64,000 bases of DNA from the NCBI GenBank assembly GCA_044223005.1, contig JBGAML010000016.1:1-64000 (forward strand), read 5' to 3'. Position 1 is the first letter of the stretch. Each line of letters opens with the position of its first letter. The notes under the pieces were generated by a model that worked only from the letters and a program-made list of their open reading frames with translations, searched no databases and had not been told where the DNA came from. The position numbers and the translations under genes were made by a program. The stretch is from Candidatus Eiseniibacteriota bacterium. Its GTDB lineage: Bacteria > Eisenbacteria > RBG-16-71-46. Below, one piece after another: positions 33,301 through 40,998 of the stretch.

Positions 33301-36300
33301 CCCGCGAATCGTGCCGAACGAGCTCGCGAAGTCCACTGCCGGGTAGGCCGCCGCGAGGGCCGCGTCGTCGTCCAGTTCGAGGCTCGCCGCATCCGTGCCT
33401 GCGCCGATCACGGGATACATCGTCGCCTTGGCGACGCCGCTGTGGGTGAGGCCCAGCAGGTGGCCGAACTCGTGCGTGGCCACACTCTGCAGATCGAAGC
33501 CACTCGGCGTCCCGGAGCTGGCGGTGTGGAACGGCACGTTGGGGTTGAGGATCACGTCGGCGTCCACGATCTCTCCCGGACGCCAGATTCGATCGTCGAA
33601 CTCCGTCGCGTGCGTGAACGACGTCGTGGGGGTGCTCGCCCACACCCCCGGCGGGAATCCGATGTCGTCTTCGAACGTGACCAGGTTGACGCCATCGAGT
33701 GCATTCGCGTGCACGAGCGCGCTGCGCGCGTCTTCGGTGGTCGGAACGTTCGCGCCCTGCACGGACTGCCACTCGGAGAACGCCGCGCGCACCGCGGTTG
33801 CGTCGCTGCCATCGGAGACGCCCGGAAGGGCCGACTGCGAGATCGCCCAGTGAATCGGAAGTTCAGAGTATCGCCACGTTTCCTCGTGACGCATGGTGGA
33901 GGTCGCGTCGGGGCAACCCGTTCCGTACGCGTCCTGTCCGCTGGACGGGATGTCCGGACAGTGGTCGCGGCAATCCGGGACGCCGTCGTGATCGCGATCG
34001 ATCCCGACCTGGTAGAGCGAGATGCGGTCCAGGACGGGCAAGCTCGTCGACGGGCGGCCGGCGGCGATCGAGAGGTTGTCGCCCCGGTCCTGAACCTCGA
34101 ACACGAGCTTGACCGAATCGGGCCGCAGCGACGTCGGCAGTCCGAAGTCCGTCGGGAATGTGGCGGCTGTTCCGGAACTCCACGGTGATTCCTGGTCGCC
34201 CGCGCCATCGCCCCCGAAGAACGCGTACGGCAGCGGCGCGGACAGGAAGGGACGCGCGTCGCCCGCGTGTTTCGCCAACACGCGCACGACCAGCGCGCGC
34301 TCCTGCGCGCGCACGTTCAGCCGGCCTTCGAGCGCGATCCCGAACGGCCGGCTGCTGTCCGCCAGCGCGGTCCACGGCGACTCGAGCCGCGCGTCGGTGC
34401 CGGCCGCGAGCGTGTCGCCCGGGGACCGGAACGTCCACACCCACGACGGGTCGACGGCGTCCACGGCCTGCTTCAGCGTGACGTTCGACTGCGGCGGCGC
34501 CACGTCTCGCGTGGCGTGGACGTTGGCTGCGCCGTTCAAGGCGCTCAGGGTCCAGCCGCCCGTGCTGCCGTCCTCGAAGTTCGCAGCGCTCACGACGTCG
34601 GTCGCACCGTCGCGCAGCGAGAGGTTGTCGAGAACCACGCCCGGACCCTGCGGCCAGCGGGCATCGGCGTTGGCGCTGTCGGCTGTCTGCACGACCAGCC
34701 TGACGCGGGCACTCGCCGGCAGGTGCAACGCCTCGTTGCCGTCCGCGCCGAGCCACGCCTCCGCGTGCAGGACGCCCCTGCCGGCGAGCGCGGACGAGAC
34801 GATTGCGCTCGTGCCCTCCGGCTGCCAGCGCGTGGAGAGGAATGCCCAGCGGCCGCTCGCCGTCTCTGCCTGCGCGGCTACGAACGCCGCGCTCGCGACA
34901 GCGTCGCGCAGCGGCCCGCCACCGAGCGCAAGCTGGGCGTCGAAGCGCAGCACGGCCGTGGCGTGTGCGGTGCCGTCGAATGCGGGAGAGACCACGCGCT
35001 GGCTCCAGTCGTTGCCGCAGCCGAAGGATTGCACCCAGTTGGCGACTTCCCCGGCGGCGGAAACCGAATCGGCGCCGATCCAGAGCGCGCGCGTGTCCAT
35101 CTGCACGGTCGCGTCGTTGACGAGGAACCGACCCGACGGGTGGGCGAACACCAGGTTCGTCCGGTCGCTGCCCACCCAGCCACGAGTCTTCGCGTTGCCC
35201 AGCGGATCCTCGAAATCCAGCCGGGCGGCGAGCAGCGATTCCCCGGGCGCTCCGCCGCCGAACTCGCGCAACGTGCGCGTGCCCGAGAAGCGCAAGCCGT
35301 ACTTCACGCCGTCGATCGAAACGAATGGGGGCGAGAATGTGCCGTCCGCGTTCAGCGCAAACATGTAGGGCCCGGAGTAGCTGGACGAAGCGGTCGGTCG
35401 GATGGAGACGGGGTACCCGGAAGCGTAGGGGCCCGTGGGTAGACTCGAGGAGGTTGGTTCGTAGAGGGCCGGGAGCTCGGCAAGCGCCGTGCCGGACGAT
35501 CCGTCGATGAAGGAGATCGTGAAGCCGGAACGGGCCTGCTGGAAGCCCAAGGAATCCACGATGCTGAGCACGCCCGAGACCGACGGCCAGACGAACGCCG
35601 AGTCCAATCCGCTCGGAGACAGGCGAAAATGTTCGCGTCGCAACAGGAAGCCGCCCTGGCTTCGGCCCGCGATGGGGGGATAGATCCAGACGGCGTACCC
35701 CGAGTCCGCGTTGGTACTGGTGATGTTCGGCTGTAGGGGGTCGAAGGTTACGGGCATCGCGATCGACTGCCCCGAGAAGTGGTCGCCGGCAGCGTCGATC
35801 GTGAAGAGACCGCTGTCCACCGTCGCGGCGTTCTGGTCGACCAGCCGCAGGCGAACGGGCGCGTAGCGCCACACGAATGCGGTGTCGAGCCCGGCGGGAC
35901 CGACGCGAATGTGCTCGAAGCGCACGAGCGGGCCGCCCTGGCGGCGATTCCCGATCGGCGGATAGACGCCGACCACATACCCGGCGTCGGCCAGCGTGCT
36001 GGTGATGTTTGGCTGCAGGGGATCGAACGTGACCGGAACCAGAGTCGACGCTCCGGACATGAACTCCCCTGCGATGTCCATGCCGAAGAAGCCGCTGTCC
36101 ACCGTTGCGGCGTTCTGGTCGACCAGCCGCAGGCGCACGGGTGCGTAGCGCCACACGAATGCCGTGTCGAGCCCCGCAGGGCCAAGCCGGATGTGCTCGC
36201 GCCGTACGAGTGGGCCACCCTGGCTGCGGCGCCCGATGGGCGGGAAGACGCCGATCTCGTAGCCCGTCTCGGCCAACGTGCTGGTGATGTTCGGTTGGGA

Positions 36301-37563
36301 GGGGTCATCAGTGACGGGCAACAGGATCGATTGCCCAGAGAAGTAATCACCGGCGACGTCGATGGTGAAGAGGCCGCTGTCGACCGTCGCGGCGTTCTGG
36401 TCGACCAGGTGCAGGCGAACCGGCGCGTAGCGCCAAACGAATGCGGTGTCGAGCCCGGCGGGACCGACGCGAATGTGCTCGAATCGCACGAGCGGGCCGC
36501 CCTGGCGGCGATTCCCGATCGGGGGGTACACGCCGACGAGGTAGCCCGCGTCTGCGAACGTGCTGGTGATGTTCGGTTGCAGCGGATCGAATGTGACCGG
36601 AACCAGAGTCGACGCTCCGGACATGAACTCCCCGGCGATGCCCATGTCAAAGAAGCCGCTGTCCACCGTTGCGGCGTTCTGGTCGACGAGTCGCAGGCGC
36701 ACGGGTGCGTAGCGCCACACGAAAGCCGTGTCCAACCCGGAGGGGCCAATACGAACCTGCTCGAAGCGGACGAGCGGGCCGCCTTGCCGGCGATTTCCGA
36801 TGGGCGGATAGACCCCGATCTGATAGCCGTCATTGGCAAAGGTGCTGGTGATGTTGGGCTGAAGCGGATCGAACGTGACCGGCAGTGTTGTCAGTTGTCC
36901 GGAGATGAAATCGCCCGCGGTCTGGATGCTGAATAACCCGCTGTCGACGGGTGCGGTAGTCTGGTCGACGAGTCTCAAGCGAACCGGCGCGTAGCGCCAG
37001 ACGAGGACCGTGTCTAGTCCCACCGGCGAAAGGGAAACCGTCTCGACGCGAAACAGTTGCCCTGTCGGATGGCCGCCGACCGGTGGCATGACCTGGATCT
37101 GGTAGCCGTTCGCGAGCGAACCGGCGGCTCCGGAAGAGGTGGGGTCCCGAGTAACCGGGAGCACGACCGTTTCGCCGTTCCGCATTTCCTCTGTGTAGAC
37201 ACTGAAATGTGCATCTTGCAGCTCAATAGCGTTCTGCTCGACGAGTCGCAGATGTAGTGCGGCGGTACGCCAAGTGAAGATCAGGGTCGTGTCTGCCGTG
37301 CCGACCGAGATGGTGCCCGTTCGGTACAGCCCGATCATTGGCGCTCCCCGGACTGCGGGGATGAGCTCCACCGGCCACTGACCCGGAGTCAGCACCACGG
37401 CTTCATCCTGCCCCCGCGTCGAGCCGTCGACCCAGAACTGCGAGCCCGGGATCTCGACGCCGTTCTGGTCGACCAGCCGCAGTGTCACGTTGGTCGCGCG
37501 CGCGGTCGACGGCGCCGCCAGGAGCGCCGCGGTCGCGAGCATCGTGGCGAGGACGCGCTTCAT
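27301..37563 (-). CDS. Giant (3420 aa) secreted multidomain matrixin-type metalloprotease: repeats, M10 domain, Ig-like/IPT domains, beta-propellers, FlgD-Ig-like C-terminus
   Basis: Signal peptide MKRVLATMLATAALLAAPSTARA; HEFGHLLGLTH + Met-turn ATMYP; Big_5-like I.VDFSEAV; IPT-like V.ILGSGF; YVTN-like repeats; tail LEVFDLAGRRVR..W.G..G..GVFFVRL. Confidence 0.88.
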   Translation of the reverse strand: MKRVLATMLATAALLAAPSTARATNVTLRLVDQNGVEIPGSQFWVDGSTRGQDEAVVLTPGQWPVELIPAVRGAPMIGLYRTGTISVGTADTTLIFTWRTAALHLRLVEQNAIELQDAHFSVYTEEMRNGETVVLPVTRDPTSSGAAGSLANGYQIQVMPPVGGHPTGQLFRVETVSLSPVGLDTVLVWRYAPVRLRLVDQTTAPVDSGLFSIQTAGDFISGQLTTLPVTFDPLQPNITSTFANDGYQIGVYPPIGNRRQGGPLVRFEQVRIGPSGLDTAFVWRYAPVRLRLVDQNAATVDSGFFDMGIAGEFMSGASTLVPVTFDPLQPNITSTFADAGYLVGVYPPIGNRRQGGPLVRFEHIRVGPAGLDTAFVWRYAPVRLHLVDQNAATVDSGLFTIDVAGDYFSGQSILLPVTDDPSQPNITSTLAETGYEIGVFPPIGRRSQGGPLVRREHIRLGPAGLDTAFVWRYAPVRLRLVDQNAATVDSGFFGMDIAGEFMSGASTLVPVTFDPLQPNITSTLADAGYVVGVYPPIGNRRQGGPLVRFEHIRVGPAGLDTAFVWRYAPVRLRLVDQNAATVDSGLFTIDAAGDHFSGQSIAMPVTFDPLQPNITSTNADSGYAVWIYPPIAGRSQGGFLLRREHFRLSPSGLDSAFVWPSVSGVLSIVDSLGFQQARSGFTISFIDGSSGTALAELPALYEPTSSSLPTGPYASGYPVSIRPTASSSYSGPYMFALNADGTFSPPFVSIDGVKYGLRFSGTRTLREFGGGAPGESLLAARLDFEDPLGNAKTRGWVGSDRTNLVFAHPSGRFLVNDATVQMDTRALWIGADSVSAAGEVANWVQSFGCGNDWSQRVVSPAFDGTAHATAVLRFDAQLALGGGPLRDAVASAAFVAAQAETASGRWAFLSTRWQPEGTSAIVSSALAGRGVLHAEAWLGADGNEALHLPASARVRLVVQTADSANADARWPQGPGVVLDNLSLRDGATDVVSAANFEDGSTGGWTLSALNGAANVHATRDVAPPQSNVTLKQAVDAVDPSWVWTFRSPGDTLAAGTDARLESPWTALADSSRPFGIALEGRLNVRAQERALVVRVLAKHAGDARPFLSAPLPYAFFGGDGAGDQESPWSSGTAATFPTDFGLPTSLRPDSVKLVFEVQDRGDNLSIAAGRPSTSLPVLDRISLYQVGIDRDHDGVPDCRDHCPDIPSSGQDAYGTGCPDATSTMRHEETWRYSELPIHWAISQSALPGVSDGSDATAVRAAFSEWQSVQGANVPTTEDARSALVHANALDGVNLVTFEDDIGFPPGVWASTPTTSFTHATEFDDRIWRPGEIVDADVILNPNVPFHTASSGTPSGFDLQSVATHEFGHLLGLTHSGVAKATMYPVIGAGTDAASLELDDDAALAAAYPAVDFASSFGTIRGRVTRGSNGQPVPGALVLAVPLVGGVPVDTVASDFTDEHGVYGLRRLPPGAYAVRVQPLDGSIPGVIPAAISERVAASAQVDFPAEWYSAPEAASDDPSVWTPLAVGSGEFVDSIYVVTNIDQIPPQVVRVLPVADTTGVRVDTAILVDFSEAVFPDSLARAFRLVLAGDTARVAGRGQLLSGGQRFVFVPAQALAYDTTYTLTITTSLHDAGGVGLASPYVARFRTEVRSTIAISGLNPSHSPVGGVVTILGSGFDPANAGAMTVRFAGCPSCDPIDVPVLSSTANALTIRVPDGARSGPVSVRLNNESSLPDSIAVLPDSMATLLAMVPVPVPLYAPPSDLVLSRDGRWVFVATSSGIETVSLDPLAGTAFMRSTAHACGPTARLALAPDGRELYLLQPQYGRVAIVDANATSGSFGEIVALFPVPGFATGADGRLAVSRDGTRLVVCGPVGDSLAILDVSTQSIARGQLVSRLSVPGAGGFASLSFAASGTIIAATRSLRVLAIAPQSDSVTILSTESPGAATYYGAQVAPDDSTIVLARVPFERPQGIATQHASWARKLSPASTLETTTSGHWSVVAPIDASSLALSPNGGTYYANHFATLWAFDPNHGILGNLALPAVAMAIDEVGSTLVAIDGGASPALRIVSARLSSAGSQAVRPSLGPATTPAIGVPGDLVTVSTDIDASAPGGSLIVGGSNVPIVATDTAGVAFRVPAGPALVAPVSFTSATGARSTPTAFQFAGGASSTSPRLVSRQPSSTQFASSGMAVSPSGDQFAILETNPVAISLWSATRRGDGALDHPLARILLPTGASSLTYNHDGRSLWVASYQKLMVVDTDPHSAAFGGLATVQDHLPVDWLWELTIDPLSGGPIASGYGVIARFNRDGTLRDTLSFEPNGAYALAAARDGRTLVAAGEDRVWFYDMQTGRVSASSTPRPDALDLLVLSSDGRAVASWDESGNVGVWNLDPTRGPIGVERFHGPLPIAAGVPYTYAACAGPDPASVLIAFPDQDSISVLDLASPTPAVTKFAAVPNLQLLKCSPDRRQLWGGLSGFNNNFAPDTLVQFDMSAPTHLAQVQGGSQLGAPGASLAQPIRVRVFDAANSPVTGAVVRFEPASAADGHLEDASAGSAVQIVTDASGAAAANWTLPEASGSYHVSVTLPGVVDTVVFSATAVQTDSAAAPVILAFGPAPGSPPLDVASPVYVRFSKAMDSTSVAQRLGVSIGGSAIAGRYELQDSGRLMIFRPSTGLPHGARGQLELASGALDSFFHTLADSLRIEFTVEAAQNLSLDAITPTAAPSGASLVITGRGFSASPAQNVVFVNGVPAPVLTVAENGLIARVPLGATSGDVWVKVGAAESNRISFHVLQRDTSGSTVQDSILASQGMRDLAITPDGARAYVTNPTLNTVFAVRIDSLKVFALIPVGIGPEAIALWSGSTPRAYVANRGGGDVSVIDISGPGSPSYHRVIGTIPVGADPVAVAVSAVGPRVFVACQGNGSLSVIDARASSATFHQVVATVNTGSGTKGVVITPDGGRAVVATAGGLVIVDVASRAVVATVNTGSGTKGVVITPDGTLALALTDDGRLVLVVLATGPQQYQVVATVNTGSGTKGIVITPDGTTAYVTLTTGNAVLVFRISGGTLSRDGSSTGAGASATATDTLAVGRQPEGIGLSPQGGFALVANSGDGTVTLLNVPGAPALVASVTAHPSPILLTPRFNRVSVSLRMPLPYRSSQVELGSVVVGGSSPWPSSASLTADGALSLDVRRDRLMANGSSGDSTFVTCTGQVNGRPFVAQDSTALRRVPITQPGSGQVLAAGARVIVRWTPTTSALGARASLLQSLDGGASWTLVGGLVADLGQANWQVPANADSVVLAVVESDSVRADTLAFGRAGIVGPLQVVRVTSAPPDAPRFALEPLDPNPARDVVRVRWSLARAGDASLEVFDLAGRRVRMLAHGPQDAGPHDSTWRGENARGEAVGAGVFFVRLRMAGEEAVRRVVLLR
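28440..28770 (-). repeat. Three near-identical beta-propeller blade motifs in the giant gene
   Basis: VATVNTGSGTKG(V/I)VITPDG occurs three times. Confidence 0.8.
35585..37490 (-). repeat. Intragenic tandem repeat, 282-bp (94-aa) period, five conserved plus two diverged units
   Basis: gtagcgcca (WRY) anchors at 35863, 36145, 36427, 36709 and 36991, each 282 apart. Confidence 0.9.
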
Positions 37564-38126
37564 CGCGCCCCTCCGCTGGCGGAATCCGCGACCGCAGCGC
37601 GGATTTCGCGCACGAAATCGTCCAGCGCGAGAGTCGGCGCGGTCCGTCCGGCGGGCGCCTGGCGCAGCGCCCTCAGGTCGCTCACGGCGAATCCGGGAGC
37701 GCGGCGCTGGACCGTTCGCGCACCCGTGCGCGCGTCCCGCTCGATCTCGAACTTGCCCTGGGCGAGCCCCGTGAGCTGCGCGCGGCCGCGTGCGTCGTGC
37801 CACACGAAGAGCACGGCCTCCTCGCCCGGGCGGAACGACGCGCACCCCGAGATGTTCATGCGCACCCCGTCGACCTCTCCGCCGATCTGCGTGAGCGTCA
37901 CGTGCTGGGCGGGGCCACCTTTCAGCGTTTCGGTCACATCCACGTCGACGTCGGTGAGGATGCGAGTGTGCGCCTCGTTCCAGTGCGCACGCGTAGCCGC
38001 GACGCGGCCGATCACGATCTGGTGCGACTGCCGGGCGAGGCCCGGGGTGTCGAAACGCACCATCGTCGTCGCGTGCACGGTGGTCGCGGCGAGCAGCAGC
38101 CCCGTGAGGGCGGCGCGAAGAGTCAT
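37560..38126 (-). CDS. Small secreted beta-rich protein coupled to the giant protease
   Basis: Signal peptide, then TT..L...S..IVIGRV..W..I.T.V.V.V.E.LKG..GGEVDG..G...F.PGEEAVLF; ATGA overlap with the giant gene; alternative start 38141. Confidence 0.8.
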   Translation of the reverse strand: MTLRAALTGLLLAATTVHATTMVRFDTPGLARQSHQIVIGRVAATRAHWNEAHTRILTDVDVDVTETLKGGPAQHVTLTQIGGEVDGVRMNISGCASFRPGEEAVLFVWHDARGRAQLTGLAQGKFEIERDARTGARTVQRRAPGFAVSDLRALRQAPAGRTAPTLALDDFVREIRAAVADSASGGAR

Positions 38127-38148
38127 GGCCGGGCGCGGCATGGCGCGG

Positions 38149-39084
38149 CTACCTGCGCAGGTCAACGAGGTAGTGAACCGTGTGTCGCGTCCCTGTGGTC
38201 GCGGTCCAGGTGAGGAGCAGCGTGAGGTCGGTCTCGGGTAGTGCGCCGTCCGAGGCGATGGCGAGACCGCGGTCGCTTTCGATCAGGTAGCTGTAGGGCA
38301 TCGACGTGTGCATCAGGAGTGCGCCGCCGGCGTCGCGCAGTTCGAGTTCGACCTGCGTTTCGGGTGCGAGGTCGGGTTCCGGCGCGAGCGCGATGCGGAC
38401 TCGGGATTGGCCCGGTGCCAGCGTGATGGTCGTGTCGCCGCGGCCGCCGCGGACTAGGTTGCCGGCTTCGATCGATCCGAGCGTGCGGACCGCCGCGCCG
38501 CCACCCAGTTCGAGCCGCAGCGCAGGCACGCCGGGATTCGCAGGTGTGGGGTGTTGCGCCGGGTGGAGCGAGAGCGTCGAGACGATCGCGAGCGCCGCGG
38601 CGGCCGCGACGAGCCCACCCACGGCACCGCCGAAGAGGAACTCGCGCAGGTTGAAGCGCGGCCGCGGAAGCTCGACGGTCCTTTGCCCCAAACTCCCCGG
38701 TAGGGACGGCGCGAGCCCGTCCAGAGCCGCCAGCGCCTCGGCCGAGGGTTCGAGTCCGGGCACCCGCTCGAGTTCGAGAGACTGCCCGCGGTATCGCAGG
38801 ATCGACCGGCACTCCTCGCAGGTCGCGAGGTGCCTCCGCGCCAGTTCGCGCTGCAGACCACGCAGTGTCGTGCGCGTCGTCGGCCACCGCGCGATTAACG
38901 CATCGGGTATGTGCATTCCACGATTCGCTTCCGGGGCGGCGAGCGCGTGGACGGTCCCGCGGCACTCGTCGCACGCGGCCAGATGCTGCTCGAACCGGTT
39001 CAGGTCCTCGTCCTGCATGAGGCCCGTCGCGAACATGTCGAGGTGTTCGCTCGCCCACAGGTGCTCGCGATCGGCCGGGCTCAT
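38149..39084 (-). CDS. Membrane-anchored anti-sigma factor with two zf-HC2 zinc fingers
   Basis: HLAACDEC and HLATCEEC; TM segment FLFGGAVGGLVAAAAALAIV; ATGA overlap with the sigma gene. Confidence 0.85.
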   Translation of the reverse strand: MSPADREHLWASEHLDMFATGLMQDEDLNRFEQHLAACDECRGTVHALAAPEANRGMHIPDALIARWPTTRTTLRGLQRELARRHLATCEECRSILRYRGQSLELERVPGLEPSAEALAALDGLAPSLPGSLGQRTVELPRPRFNLREFLFGGAVGGLVAAAAALAIVSTLSLHPAQHPTPANPGVPALRLELGGGAAVRTLGSIEAGNLVRGGRGDTTITLAPGQSRVRIALAPEPDLAPETQVELELRDAGGALLMHTSMPYSYLIESDRGLAIASDGALPETDLTLLLTWTATTGTRHTVHYLVDLRR

Positions 39085-39656
39085 GACGCGACCCCCATGC
39101 GCTCGCGCAGCCACTCTCCCAGCGGGCCATCGTCGGCGAGGAAGATCTCGTACGCCCGGGCGATGCACCGTTCTCGACGCTTCCGCACCAGGTCGTGTCT
39201 CACGCCGAGGCGCTCGGCGACGAGCTTCAGATTCCGCAGTTCGAACCACAGTTCGAAGAGTTCCCGGCACTGTTCGCCGAGGGCGGGGAGGATCTGGCGC
39301 ACGTAGAACTCCAGCTCGTCGAGCGTCGGATCGTCGTCCTCCAGAGGCGCCGGGATGTCTTCGGTTCCCGGCGGAAGTTCAGGAATCGGTTCCGATGGCC
39401 GGCGAATCCTCCGGAGATAGTCGTAGGCCTGTCGCTGCGCGATCGTGACCGTCAGGCCTTCGAGCGTCTGGACGCCGCCGCGGCTGACGGCGCGCATCAG
39501 GGCCACGATCGCTTCCTGGACGAGGTCGTCGAAATCGTCGCGGCCGCGACTTCCCACCTTGGAGATGATGACGCGTCTCATGATGGCCTCGGCCTCCTTC
39601 CAGTCCACATGGTCCAGCGGATTGTCCGACTCGGACGGCCTGTCGATCGGAGTCAT
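39081..39656 (-). CDS. ECF-type RNA polymerase sigma factor
   Basis: Region 2 DDLVQEA..IAQRQAYDYLRR; region 4 LGEQCRELF..VAERLG..VRKRRERC. Confidence 0.88.
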   Translation of the reverse strand: MTPIDRPSESDNPLDHVDWKEAEAIMRRVIISKVGSRGRDDFDDLVQEAIVALMRAVSRGGVQTLEGLTVTIAQRQAYDYLRRIRRPSEPIPELPPGTEDIPAPLEDDDPTLDELEFYVRQILPALGEQCRELFELWFELRNLKLVAERLGVRHDLVRKRRERCIARAYEIFLADDGPLGEWLRERMGVAS

Positions 39657-39750
39657 GACGCGCGGACCTCGGAGGCGGCGGGCGTGGCCCTTGGGTGGTG
39701 AGCCCTGCCGGCCGCTGCACCTCGGTGCCGGGAAGCGTTGGCTTCCGGCA

Positions 39751-39780
39751 GGGGAGTCGGCCTGGGGCTGGGAGTGTGAC
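39751..39780 (-). promoter_or_regulatory. Putative ECF promoter, copy 1 (autoregulatory)
   Basis: GTCACA-ctcccagccccaggcc-GACT-CCCC on the minus strand. Confidence 0.75.
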
Positions 39781-39971
39781 GCCGCGGGGGGTGGCGAGCT
39801 TCACACTAACTATCCGGTAGCCCGGGCGGCCGTGGCAACGGACTTCAGCAAGCGCTTGCCGCATTGCGGGCTGCCGGGCGGCAGGGCGACGCGACGTGCC
39901 GAGGGCGCGATTGCGGGGGAGGGTCTTGGCCAACGGTTCTGATCCCGTCTGGGGCCCCCGATGACTTTTCG

Positions 39972-40001
39972 GTCACACCGGACGGCCTCTCCGGACTACC
40001 C
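39972..40001 (+). promoter_or_regulatory. Putative ECF promoter, copy 2
   Basis: GTCACA-ccggacggcctctccg-GACT-ACCC. Confidence 0.78.
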
Positions 40002-40047
40002 GGGCAGACACATCCGTCGACGACGCACTCAACCCCGGGAGCCCACC

Positions 40048-40917
40048 ATGACGCCGACGCAACGAACCTCCGTCCCGCGCATCAGCGAGAACACCGAGTA
40101 CGTGGTCCGGGAAGTGCGCACCGAGGCCGAGCTGGCCGGCGTCCTCGCGCTTCGCTACGAGGTCTACCGGCGGACGGCCGGCGTCGCCCATCTCACGTCG
40201 ATCGACCATGCGACGGGTCTCGACATGGATGCCTACGACCTCCATTCGCACCACCTCGCGTTGTTTGCGCGCACCGAGGGGCACGAGGAGGTCGTCGGAA
40301 CGTTGCGGATCACCGGCCCCGAACTCGGGCCCATGACGCGCGAGTTGCACGCGATCGCCATCGGGCACCCGACCCTCGCATCGCACCTCGCCGCGCGGCG
40401 GCCCGCGCCGCTGCCGATGCTGTCCTACATCGTCCAGGCGCCGGCCGTCAGCGCCGTGGTGGACGCGTGCCTCGGGCGCGGCGAGCGAATCGCCGAGCCC
40501 GGCCGGCTCACCGTGCACCCGGCGCTGCGCGTAGCGGCGGCGCGGACTGGGCTGCGCCTGTCGCACTTCCTGATCACCGGAGCGCTCGCCGTGGGCTGGC
40601 ACGTGCTCGGGCTCGACCGCGTCTTCCTCGATTGCGATGCGAACAATGGCAGCCTCTATCGACGCTTCGGCTTCGCGATCGTTCCCGGCGGAGACGCAAC
40701 GCCGCAACCCGCGCTGGGGTTCACCATCCTGGTCCTGCAGGCCACGCCCGCGGACCTTCCCGGCGCGTTCCGCGCGGAGGTCGATCGCATCGCGAACCAG
40801 CTCGCGATTGGCGGCGAAGCGACGCTGGCCCCGACCGCGGTGCGGCCGCGCGTCGCCGCCTCATCGCGCTCGCTGCCGGCGCCGGCCGCAGGTGCGTGGG
40901 TGCCGGCGACCGCCTGA
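40048..40917 (+). CDS. GNAT-fold acyltransferase, FeeM-like N-acyl amino acid synthase / LuxI-fold (paralog 1)
   Basis: VREV..E...VLALRYEVY, LDMDAYD..SHH, VVGTLRI, IAEPGRL, LYRRFGF. Confidence 0.75.
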   Translation: MTPTQRTSVPRISENTEYVVREVRTEAELAGVLALRYEVYRRTAGVAHLTSIDHATGLDMDAYDLHSHHLALFARTEGHEEVVGTLRITGPELGPMTRELHAIAIGHPTLASHLAARRPAPLPMLSYIVQAPAVSAVVDACLGRGERIAEPGRLTVHPALRVAAARTGLRLSHFLITGALAVGWHVLGLDRVFLDCDANNGSLYRRFGFAIVPGGDATPQPALGFTILVLQATPADLPGAFRAEVDRIANQLAIGGEATLAPTAVRPRVAASSRSLPAPAAGAWVPATA

Positions 40918-40929
40918 AACCCGCGATCC

Positions 40930-40959
40930 GTCACACCCGCGTCGCGACCGCGACTGCCC
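40930..40959 (+). promoter_or_regulatory. Putative ECF promoter, copy 3
   Basis: GTCACA-cccgcgtcgcgaccgc-GACT-GCCC. Confidence 0.78.
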
Positions 40960-40998
40960 GAACGAGATCCCGTTGACCCCCCCATTCCGGAGACCGTC

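Noticed and set aside
35585..37490. Repeat array as a CRISPR or DGR template/variable pair
   Set aside because: Units are 282 bp, in-frame and coding, with no unique spacers and no reverse transcriptase nearby.
24279..39656. Type III-E CRISPR (Craspase) locus, given CHAT plus ECF sigma
   Set aside because: No gRAMP/Cas gene and no repeat-spacer array in the window; the analogy is mechanistic only.
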